DNA of 64,000 nucleotides, taken from Microcoleus sp. bin38.metabat.b11b12b14.051 (GTDB taxonomy: Bacteria; Cyanobacteriota; Cyanobacteriia; Cyanobacteriales; Microcoleaceae). The stretch is taken from NCBI RefSeq assembly GCF_013299165.1, contig NZ_JAAFKD010000023.1, positions 14,949 through 78,948 of the forward strand, given 5' to 3'. The notes beneath the pieces were generated by a model. It was not told where the DNA came from, did not search any database, and was given only the letters and a program-made list of their open reading frames with translations. The translations under genes were made by a program, and so were the position numbers. Below are positions 19,605-28,269 of the stretch, piece by piece (position 1 is the first letter of the stretch; each line of letters starts with the position of its first letter).

Positions 19605-20093
19605 CTAACGTAGCATTTTATTGTCATTTCCCATGATAAATTGACCTGTAACAGTGCTGTTGGAGATAGATAATTCGTAAATTTTATTCTCTGCTTTTTC
19701 AATAAGCTCATATATATTGTTAATTTTTTCTTTAAGATGGGTCTTATCATTTGTCACAAAAAGGGTCTGATGACCAGAATTGAATGTGAGTAACAATCCG
19801 TAGTGTTTTGGCTTGGCAAAGTTCCAAATTACGCCTCCAATCGCAGCCAACATTAATACCGAACCTATTCCATTGTTAGCAATACCGACAATTGGCCCGA
19901 TAATAAAAAGGACAACTATAATAATCCCCCAAGGAATCGCCCCTATCTCTACCTCTCCTTCACTAAAACCTGTAATATTATGAGTTTGGTAGACATCATT
20001 TGAAAAACGAACAGTTCTTTTAGTTATTGTAATAACTTTATCCCTCTCTAAAGTGATGTTCTGATTACTTCCCAGGGGATTTGATGTTGCCAT
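19605..20093 (-). CDS. Membrane hypothetical protein (DUF6232-like)
   Basis: ITITKRTVRFSNDVYQTHNITGF, two TM helices, LLLTFNSG...FV. Confidence 0.6.
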   Translation of the reverse strand: MATSNPLGSNQNITLERDKVITITKRTVRFSNDVYQTHNITGFSEGEVEIGAIPWGIIIVVLFIIGPIVGIANNGIGSVLMLAAIGGVIWNFAKPKHYGLLLTFNSGHQTLFVTNDKTHLKEKINNIYELIEKAENKIYELSISNSTVTGQFIMGNDNKMLR

Positions 20094-20358
20094 TGGGTAT
20101 ACCTGTAAAATGGATGCTTGAAATTTTGTGATGACACCCTTTTAAGCGCTCAAGCGCAAACCTAACCTAAAAGTTAATGTCCCTGATTATCTCTGCTAAA
20201 ACCTTATTTTTTATACAATATACCAATCTAGGAAAAATAAAAGGCAGAAAAAGTTGGAAAAAGTTGGATCTTTCTAAAATTGGGACGCGAAGCAAAAAAG
20301 TTGCAAAAAGGTGGTAAAAGTTGGTTATAGTAACTACAGCCATCTCACCAGCCCACCT

Positions 20359-20871
20359 ATGGACATTCCTCAAACAGTCCAATTTGTCGATGAAGCTGTC
20401 CGCACCAAGACAAGCAAACGTCTAAATGACTTGCAGCGCAGAATTATCGCGGGAATACTGAACCGTCAAAAATATGCTGATGTTGCAGAAACCTATGGTT
20501 ATAGCGACAAGCACGTTAAAAAAGTCAGTCACGAGCTTTTGCAAATGTTATCCGATATCTTTGATGAACAAGTTAAAAAAAGTAATCTTGAATCCGTCTT
20601 AGAAAGGCATATACATCAGAATATAACAACTTTGGGTAATAATAATACTTTTAAAGATAGTAACAAAATTAGCTATATTAACAATTGTTCTAATCCCTCC
20701 ATTCCTACCCCAGATGAAAGTCAGCCCGAAACTCCTGACTTTCATGGCAATAATCAAGCTAATATTGAAAGAATTGGTAAACTACGGCAGTTTGGCTTGA
20801 GCGACGAGCAAATTGCAGAGGTGCTAGAACTACCCTTAGATGTGGTTAAGCAGGTGGATTTTGAGGAGTAA
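20359..20871 (+). CDS. Stand-alone HTH protein (type usually N-terminal to cyanobacterial NB-ARC/AAA proteins)
   Basis: KRLNDLQRRIIAGILNRQKYADVAETYGYSDKHVKKVSHELLQMLSD...VKKSNLES; C-terminal GLSDEQIAEVLELPLDVV. Confidence 0.65.
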   Translation: MDIPQTVQFVDEAVRTKTSKRLNDLQRRIIAGILNRQKYADVAETYGYSDKHVKKVSHELLQMLSDIFDEQVKKSNLESVLERHIHQNITTLGNNNTFKDSNKISYINNCSNPSIPTPDESQPETPDFHGNNQANIERIGKLRQFGLSDEQIAEVLELPLDVVKQVDFEE

Positions 20872-20979
20872 GTTTGCGCTATTTGCGAATTTTAGTCGAT
20901 CGCACTTAATTTTCTTTGTTATAATCATCGAAGGTTGCCCGATCGCAGTAAAATAAAATATCGCCACATATTTTAAGCT

Positions 20980-21189
20980 ATGAACACACAACTCATTGAA
21001 TCCTTAGTACAAATCATTCAGACACTCTCAAAAGAAGAGCAATTGCTAATAAAAGCAAAATTGTTTAGCAACATCCCCTATCCTTCAATTGTGGAAATAA
21101 CGCAGTTAGCCCAAAGCGGAGGAGCATTTCAATTCCTGCAAGATGAGCCTGATATTTACACCCTTGAAGATGGAGAACCAATTCAGTGA
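20980..21189 (+). CDS. Small hypothetical protein (antitoxin-like)
   Basis: MNTQLIESLVQIIQTLS...GGAFQFLQDEPDIYTLEDGEPI. Confidence 0.6.
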   Translation: MNTQLIESLVQIIQTLSKEEQLLIKAKLFSNIPYPSIVEITQLAQSGGAFQFLQDEPDIYTLEDGEPIQ

Positions 21190-21337
21190 AGCTAAAAAAA
21201 GGAGATATTTCAAGCGTTGTGCGTAATTCCCAGAAACCGGGTTTCTTCCGAGATATTTCGCCACCCAACCCAAATTTCGTGAGAAACCCGGTTTCTGACG
21301 CTTTGCCTACTTCTCAGAAACCGAATTGGAGAATCAA

Positions 21338-21529
21338 TTGAAAATCAAAATTATCATCCACGAAGCAGAAGAAGGCGGATATTGGGCAGAAGTTCCTGCT
21401 ATTCCTGGCTGTGCAACACAGGGAGATACCTTGGAGGAATTGCTGCAAAATCTCTATGAAGCAATTCAAGGTTGTCAAGCGTGTAGATATTGAATCCATC
21501 GAGACAGAATTATAGAGATTGCGATATGA
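21338..21529 (+). pseudogene. hicB: Frameshifted HicB-family antitoxin
   Basis: TTG start gives KIKIIIHEAEEGGYWAEVPAIPGCATQGDTLEELLQNLYEAIQGC, then an early stop at 21493; the tail DRIIEIAI* is in another frame. Not in the ORF track. Confidence 0.8.
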
Positions 21530-21536
21530 ACTCCAC

Positions 21537-22064
21537 CTATCCGACAACCAGCAGTTCATTAAACTTATTTTTCAAATCAGACGAGACCGTCAGCGGCTTG
21601 TAAACCTCACCCTCATACAGTTTCCAGACATATCCCGAACTGAACGATCGAAAAGCTGGAGGCGAACCAACCGCCTGCCAAATACTATCAGCTAAAACTA
21701 ATCCAGGAAAAGATAGAGTAGAAGACTCTTCAATCAACTCGCTGTAAGTTCTAAACTCGTCCACTTCTAAACCAACCAAAGCATACCGAAAAGTTGGAGC
21801 CGATCGCAAAAACTGATATAGCAAAATACCCAATTCAGTCATCAGATAAGCAGTTTCCGGCGTATTTATGCCAACTTCACTGATACTACTGGGAGAAACT
21901 CGGCACCACCAATTATCCTCCATGTCCTGAAAAATTCCGGTGCGACATTGGGATTTGCTGTCGTTTGAGAGAACCCAAGAAACCTTATCGAAATATTGGG
22001 AAAACTTTTCGGCGACAGTTTGTTCTGCACCGCATTCAGCAGATAAACTAAACATCCATGCCAT
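21537..22064 (-). CDS. Hypothetical protein (immunity-protein-like, speculative)
   Basis: 175-aa ORF MAWMFSLSAECG...ELGILLYQFLRSAPTFRYALVGLEVDEFR. Confidence 0.6.
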   Translation of the reverse strand: MAWMFSLSAECGAEQTVAEKFSQYFDKVSWVLSNDSKSQCRTGIFQDMEDNWWCRVSPSSISEVGINTPETAYLMTELGILLYQFLRSAPTFRYALVGLEVDEFRTYSELIEESSTLSFPGLVLADSIWQAVGSPPAFRSFSSGYVWKLYEGEVYKPLTVSSDLKNKFNELLVVG

Positions 22065-22317
22065 TGCTATTTCCTCTTTGACTGTTTCGGATTATTGCAC
22101 CATTTCCCAATCTTTCTGAGTATTTGCCAGCGCTGCTTCATACTTCTCTAACAACATTGTAGTTCTTGGCAAGATGCTGACATGAGTCGGGCTGTCTTGG
22201 ACTGCTTCGATTATGTCGATGGTGCGTCGCTCGTTAGATTTTTCGGATATTTTTGGATACTATCGATGGCGACACACCCTACCAATATTGTTGCATTAAT
22301 TTCTTGAATTGGTATAG

Positions 22318-22995
22318 TTACTGACAAATCAAGATTAAGGAAAGAGGGATTTTCGTCTGCGGGTGAATCGGTTCCTCTAATTCAACTACTGTCCAGCCAG
22401 ATTTTGATACTTGTTGAAACCAGGAACTAATTGTGCGAAAATACCACGGCATCGGCGCTTTAAAATCTCCGCCTAAATTGTCGAAATTCTCGGTTTTCCA
22501 TCCATCAACATAGGGCTGTTGTTGACACGCTGTGCATGGATGAACTGTCTGGATTAACAGATGTCCGTCTGAGATTATTGTTTGGCGTAACGATCGCAAT
22601 AAATCTCCAATTTCCTCACCGAGTAGCGAAAAATTGCAGACAATCCCATCGTAGGATTGACCAACTATCAACGGATTGGCAATCATCTCATCGTAGCCGA
22701 TCGCCCGAAAACAACCGCTGCTTTTCTCGATCGCGCGATCGACTAAAGTACCGCAAGCATCTACTCCAACCACCTCTACACCTTGCTTTCCTAACGCCCG
22801 CGCCAGCCAACCTTCACCGCATCCGACATCCAACACTCGCCGAAGCTGATAGCGCACAACTGCTTGCACAATAGCCTCATCGGTTGCTGCGCGGCGGCTG
22901 GCGACCTCGTTTTGGTCGATCGCCCGCGTCCATGCGTCAGCATTTACTTCCCAACTTTGTCGAATTTGTTGCTCTCGATCGGATTGGATCGTCAT
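22318..22995 (-). CDS. Class I SAM-dependent methyltransferase
   Basis: RVLDVGCGEGWLARAL, YDGIVCNFSL, GHLLIQTVHP. Confidence 0.88.
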   Translation of the reverse strand: MTIQSDREQQIRQSWEVNADAWTRAIDQNEVASRRAATDEAIVQAVVRYQLRRVLDVGCGEGWLARALGKQGVEVVGVDACGTLVDRAIEKSSGCFRAIGYDEMIANPLIVGQSYDGIVCNFSLLGEEIGDLLRSLRQTIISDGHLLIQTVHPCTACQQQPYVDGWKTENFDNLGGDFKAPMPWYFRTISSWFQQVSKSGWTVVELEEPIHPQTKIPLSLILICQ

Positions 22996-23038
22996 TATTT
23001 TAGTTTATTGATATCATGTCCGCACGTGCGAAGTGCGA

Positions 23039-23238
23039 TCGATTTGGTTCGTAGTACGTCCTGGCGTCCGCATCATGAAAGCGGACTAAAGTCCGCACTA
23101 CGAACCTTTTTTGTTATAGTAATCGAGCGGATATGTCATCGATTTGGTTGGTAGTAAGTCCTGGCGTCCGCATCATGAAAGCGGACTAAAGTCCGCACTA
23201 CGAACCTTTTTTGTTATGCTAATCGAGCGGATATGTCA
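23039..23238. repeat. Two tandem 100-bp copies containing a REP-like hairpin
   Basis: GATTTGGTT(C/G)GTAGTA(C/A)GTCCTGGCGTCCGCATCATGAAAGCGGACTAAAGTCCGCACTACGAACC at 23041 and 23141. Confidence 0.88.
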
Positions 23239-23421
23239 AAGAAGCTGCGGGTGCATTTCAATGAAGGCAAATATGTTTGTAGGGGCGAAGCATGACCGCA
23301 GTCAATATGGGATTATAACTAATAACTTATATGCGGTCATGCTTCGCCCTCTTCAAAAGTTATATGCACCCGAATTTGCCGCCAGTTTAATTTGTCAGCT
23401 ACTGTTTGCTTTAACCGATCG

Positions 23422-23796
23422 CTAAACCCATCTACCCACTACAACTCTCACCGTTCCATCCGCCAAAGTTTCCTCTTGTTCAACATTAAAACCCTCTGAA
23501 TGCACGGCAGCCATCAAACTTTTATGGGCGTATTTTTGACTAATTGAATTAACAAATTCTTGCTGGTTAATTCGAGCGCCCCAAAAATCCGCCACCAATT
23601 CATAATCCTCTCCGCTGCGCCGAAAACCCAAATCGTAACCGTTGGATTGCCTAATTACATACTCAGCATTAATTTTGTCGCCGCGATAACCCCGTACCTG
23701 CACATTGGACTCTACTTGATAACCCAACTCTTCCAACACTTGATGCAGCAGTTCGCCGTTTTTGATCTGAACCTTGATCGTTGTGAAGTGTGACAT
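23422..23796 (-). CDS. DUF1257 (Ycf35-like) protein
   Basis: MSHFTTIKVQI...VRGYRG...DLGF...YELVADFW...QKYA. Confidence 0.88.
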   Translation of the reverse strand: MSHFTTIKVQIKNGELLHQVLEELGYQVESNVQVRGYRGDKINAEYVIRQSNGYDLGFRRSGEDYELVADFWGARINQQEFVNSISQKYAHKSLMAAVHSEGFNVEQEETLADGTVRVVVGRWV

Positions 23797-24129
23797 ATCA
23801 CTTTCTGATTTTTGTGTGAAACGCTAATTTGATTATAATTGGATAAACACCAACAGTCAATAAGTTATATCGATTCCGGTGGCACTCCTCATAATTGTTG
23901 ACTGTTGAGCCTCCGTCGAAGGGTTCAGGACACCGCTGTTGACTGTTGAGACTTTGCACATTTGAACAATACTGATGCAACCGGAAACGATATTTTAACT
24001 TGTACTTTCCAACGCACTGTTTACGATAACTATGGGGTTTTGCAGGCTAGCATCTGCACGTAAACTCTTAGGCAATCATTCTTTCCCAATTCCCAATTCC
24101 CAATTCCCAATTCCCCAATCTAACATCCT

Positions 24130-25320
24130 ATGATTGCTGACAATTCTAACGAACCAAGAGAGTATGATGCCGTCCTCGGCGGTCAAAGTCAAATCCCGAT
24201 CGCCGCCGCTGTTTTAGGAGGCATCGCCGGAGTCAAGCAGCGCTTGCACAATCCTAGTATCGAGTCGCGGATTGCCGCCGTTAAAGATGCTCCTAAATAC
24301 GGAGATGCAGGTTTGAAGTTAGCAATTGAGGCGCTGCTCGATCCGGCTCCCGAAGTCCAGCGAGTTGCTTATGCTGTTTTGCGGCAAAGGACAGAATCTT
24401 TTGTGCGTCAAGCTTTAACAAAATTCTTACCTTACTCGCTTTTTGAGTGCATCCGTACAGTCAAAACAGGCACAAATGTGGCGATTAGTCCAGCGGGCGA
24501 TCGCACGGCGAGCTTGCACGGCAAAATAATTAGAATTTGCGATTTAGAAACAGGAGAAATCCTGTATAATGTACAGAAGTATCCCCGCGCTAAAGAATCT
24601 TTTGTCCTTTGCCAAGAAAGTGAAGTTTTTGTCAGAAGCAGAAATACTCCAAAACACCGCGCGATCGACATTTGGCAGGGAGGAGAATTGCTGCATACTT
24701 CCCTCGGACACGAAGGGGAAATTACTGCAATTGTTATCAGTCCCGACAGTCAAGTTATCGCCACCGGTTCGGCAGATACTACTATCAAAATTTGGAATTC
24801 AGAAACGGGAAAGTTGATCTGTACTTTTGGCAATCTTTTAACTTGGAAAGCTCACAAAGCAGGAATTTCCTGTCTTGCTTTTAGCCCGATCGCACAAACT
24901 CTCGCTAGCAGCAGTTCTGACGGTACAATTAAACTCTGGAACCTCCGCAGCCGAGAATGCTCCCAAACAATTAAAGGTTATGCCAATTGTCTGGCTTTGA
25001 GTCCAGACGGGCAGACTCTGGCTGCTGGCGGCTGGGACAGAAATATTCAACTGCGCCAGCTATCGCATCCAGATAATTCGATTGCGTTAGCAGGGCATTT
25101 TAACTCGATAAATGCGATCGCCTTTAGTCCCGATGGGCGCACAGTTGTCAGTGCTAGCGCCGACGGTAATCTCAAATTTTGGCATCCCAGCACCGGCGAA
25201 CACATTCACACTCTCACTGGGCATCAAAACTCTGTTACTTGTCTTACTTTTAGCAGCGATGGCGAAACTTTAATCAGCGGCAGTTTAGATAAAACTGTCA
25301 AAACTTGGGGGATTAATTGA
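24130..25320 (+). CDS. WD40 repeat protein with N-terminal HEAT-like (DAVLGG) module
   Basis: REYDAVLGG...AVLGGIAGVKQRL...KYGDAG; several GH...TIKIW/LW repeats. Confidence 0.85.
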   Translation: MIADNSNEPREYDAVLGGQSQIPIAAAVLGGIAGVKQRLHNPSIESRIAAVKDAPKYGDAGLKLAIEALLDPAPEVQRVAYAVLRQRTESFVRQALTKFLPYSLFECIRTVKTGTNVAISPAGDRTASLHGKIIRICDLETGEILYNVQKYPRAKESFVLCQESEVFVRSRNTPKHRAIDIWQGGELLHTSLGHEGEITAIVISPDSQVIATGSADTTIKIWNSETGKLICTFGNLLTWKAHKAGISCLAFSPIAQTLASSSSDGTIKLWNLRSRECSQTIKGYANCLALSPDGQTLAAGGWDRNIQLRQLSHPDNSIALAGHFNSINAIAFSPDGRTVVSASADGNLKFWHPSTGEHIHTLTGHQNSVTCLTFSSDGETLISGSLDKTVKTWGIN

Positions 25321-25893
25321 AGGAATCAAAAACAGGAAAGAGGCCGGAAGCAGCAAGAGCCAACAAGGAAAAGTAGGCGTTGCTGAATGCAGGCCAGAAG
25401 CGCTCGCACGCCGGAGGTTTGGTGGAATTTTTGATGAATCGTACCATGTTCTTAACGCCGAACCTCCTTCCTAACTGCAAACAGTTTTGATGACCGATAG
25501 TTTACCTGATATGAGGCAAGAGTGCGTCCGGGACTGTTTAATAAATTCAAAAGTCCGGATTACCGAGCCGGATCTGCGTGAATCTACAGAAACAATTATA
25601 ATAAATTTACGGTTCCGCCTTTCGTGCAACCCGAGGATTGCGGACTTTCTTTTTCCATCACTACACATAATTACCGTAAAAGTACGGATTCGCAGACATT
25701 GATCGGCTTTTTGTGAATTTTTCAATAGTCCAGAAAATCCGATCGCTCTTCAATTCCTGAATGCTTTAAACTAAATTTAAACTATCCGATCTAACTCTGA
25801 TCAGTATCCGGGCGAACTGTAATACTTCAATTAAAAAGTTTATGCTTACAAGGATCGGCAGGGCTTAAATATAAATTGCTTCTGAGAGGAACC

Positions 25894-28269
25894 ATGTCAC
25901 AGTGCAGCCAATCCATCTATTTTTCCTGCAACGCAGCAGAAATGTGCGAAACTGCTGCTGCGTTGCAGCAAACAGCCGATCGACTGACGGTTGAATTAAA
26001 CAACACCCGCGATCGGCTGTCGGCAGAAATCGATCGCCTAAAACTTGCCAACGAAACCCTGCACGCCGCCCTCAGTTGTTCCCCTATTTTTATATGGGCA
26101 ATTGATAAAGACGGCAAGTTAACTATGTCAGCAGGTAAAGGATTGGAAAATTTGGGGCTCGCAGCAGGTGCAACTGTCGGGGAGTCGATTTTTGCAGTTT
26201 ACAGTCAGTCAGATATTTTAGAGAATATTGCCCAGGTACTGGCAGGAAACGATCGCACTTGGAATGCTCCAGAGGGGGATTTTACGCACGAAATTCGATC
26301 GACAGCCCTGCGAAACGCAAACGGCGAAGTTGTCGGGGCTGTCGGTGTTTGTACTGATATTACCGAACGCCAAAAGTCGATCGCCACTCTGGAAACAGCA
26401 AATCAACAATTACAAGGCAGACTTCAGCAGGAAACCGCAGTTTTGAATGCAGCGCTTATCGACAGCGAAAAAAAGTACCGCAACCTGGTAGAAACGTCCC
26501 AAGAGTTAATTTGGTCGATCGACATTCAAGGCATCTTGACTTTTGTCAATTCCGCCGCCAAACGCATCTACGGCTACGAGCCCCTAGAAATGATCGGCCG
26601 CCGCTTCACCGAGTTTTTGATTCCAGAACACAAAAATAGACAAATAGAAATATTAGCCCAACTTTTAGAGAAAACTAGCATTCACCCACAAATCTCTAAC
26701 TCTCCTTACGAAATAGTACACATCCGCAAAGACGGTACAACCGTACACCTGCGCGTCAACAGCATCGTCAACCAAGCGGAAAACGGCGCTATTTTAGGTT
26801 TGTGCGGCACCGCAACAGATATTAGCGATCGCAAGCGATCGGAAGAAGCACTGCAAGAAGCTACAGATCAACTTCGAGCCGTCTTGGATGCCGTACCCGG
26901 ACTAATATCTTGGGTAAGTTCAGATTTGCGGTATATCGGAGTCAACCAACACCTAGCAACCTCGTTCAAACGTTCTCCCGAAAGCTTTGTCGGTCAAGAA
27001 ATCAACTTTCTCGACAAAGGCTCGACTTTTGGACAACTAATCCGAAACTTTTTTGACAGTTCATCTCAGCAAACATCGCAAGAAATAGACGTAGAAATTA
27101 ACGGATTTACCCGTAATTATTTAATAGTAGCTCAGAAATACCATCAGGGAACCGCAGCAGTTTCAGTAGGGATAGACATTACCGCTCGCAAAGGCGCCGA
27201 AGCTCAAAAAACACAATTAATTGCTTCTTTGCAAGAGTCTGAACTAAAATTTCGCAGCCTTTACGAAGCCACCAGCGACGCAGTAATGCTGCTCGACGAA
27301 CAACAATTTTTCGACTGCAACCCCGCCACCTTAGCAATATTTGGATGCACCAATCAAGCACAGTTTTACGGCAAAAAACCGAGCGAATTTTCGCCACAAA
27401 TTCAGCCGAGCGGACAAGACTCGTGCAGTTTAGCAGCACAGAAAATATCCACAGCCATGCGAACCGGTAGCTGTCGCTTTGACTGGGTGCACAAACGTTT
27501 AGACGGTTCAGAATTTCCCGCAGAAGTGCTGCTAAATGCCATGGAAATTAACGGACGAAAAGTAATTCAAGCAGTAGTGCGGGACATTACAGATCGCAAG
27601 CGCGACGAGGATCGTATCAAAGCATCCCTCGCCGAAAAAGAAGTTTTCCTCAAAGAAATTCACCACCGCGTCAAAAACAACCTTCAAGTTATTTCCAGTT
27701 TGCTCAAACTTCAGTCCCGCTACATCCAAGACAGCCGGGTTACTGAAATGTTAAGAGAAAGCCAAAATAGAGTCAGGTCAATGGCTCTAGTTCACGAACA
27801 ATTGTATCAATCCAAAGACTTGTCAAATATTGACTTTGCTGAATACATCCAAAATCTTGCTCACAATCTATTCCAAGCATATGAGATTTATGCAGAAGGC
27901 GTCGAGTTGCAAACAACAATTGCTCCGTACTCTGTAAATATTGATACAGCCGTTCCTTGCGGATTGATCGTCAACGAGCTAGTAACGAATTGCCTAAAAT
28001 ATGCTTTTCCTGAACACAAAAAAGGTAAAATAAAGATAGATTTCACATTGGATAATAACAGGGTTTGCGTGCTGGTCGTAAGCGACAGCGGTATCGGTTT
28101 TCCTCAAGACTTAGATTATCGAAATGCCAGAACATTGGGTTTGCGCCTAGTGGGGTCTTTGGTGAAGCAAATTAGGGGAAAAATAGAACTATTAGAAACC
28201 GCAGGCACGACTTTTCAAATAACATTTTCGCAACCAACAATTCCTGGAAAAAAAATTAATGCTAGCTAG
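25894..28269 (+). CDS. Multi-PAS sensor histidine kinase (HisKA_2 type)
   Basis: Four PAS/PAC repeats (DITER, DISDRK, DITARK, DITDRK); EIHHRVKNNLQVISSLL; ELVTNCLKYAF; DSGIGFP. The ATG follows GAGAGGA. Confidence 0.92.
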   Translation: MSQCSQSIYFSCNAAEMCETAAALQQTADRLTVELNNTRDRLSAEIDRLKLANETLHAALSCSPIFIWAIDKDGKLTMSAGKGLENLGLAAGATVGESIFAVYSQSDILENIAQVLAGNDRTWNAPEGDFTHEIRSTALRNANGEVVGAVGVCTDITERQKSIATLETANQQLQGRLQQETAVLNAALIDSEKKYRNLVETSQELIWSIDIQGILTFVNSAAKRIYGYEPLEMIGRRFTEFLIPEHKNRQIEILAQLLEKTSIHPQISNSPYEIVHIRKDGTTVHLRVNSIVNQAENGAILGLCGTATDISDRKRSEEALQEATDQLRAVLDAVPGLISWVSSDLRYIGVNQHLATSFKRSPESFVGQEINFLDKGSTFGQLIRNFFDSSSQQTSQEIDVEINGFTRNYLIVAQKYHQGTAAVSVGIDITARKGAEAQKTQLIASLQESELKFRSLYEATSDAVMLLDEQQFFDCNPATLAIFGCTNQAQFYGKKPSEFSPQIQPSGQDSCSLAAQKISTAMRTGSCRFDWVHKRLDGSEFPAEVLLNAMEINGRKVIQAVVRDITDRKRDEDRIKASLAEKEVFLKEIHHRVKNNLQVISSLLKLQSRYIQDSRVTEMLRESQNRVRSMALVHEQLYQSKDLSNIDFAEYIQNLAHNLFQAYEIYAEGVELQTTIAPYSVNIDTAVPCGLIVNELVTNCLKYAFPEHKKGKIKIDFTLDNNRVCVLVVSDSGIGFPQDLDYRNARTLGLRLVGSLVKQIRGKIELLETAGTTFQITFSQPTIPGKKINAS

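Noticed and set aside
25320-25890. c-di-GMP riboswitch or ncRNA upstream of the PAS kinase operon
   Set aside because: No recognisable riboswitch motif by eye; a covariance-model search would be needed.
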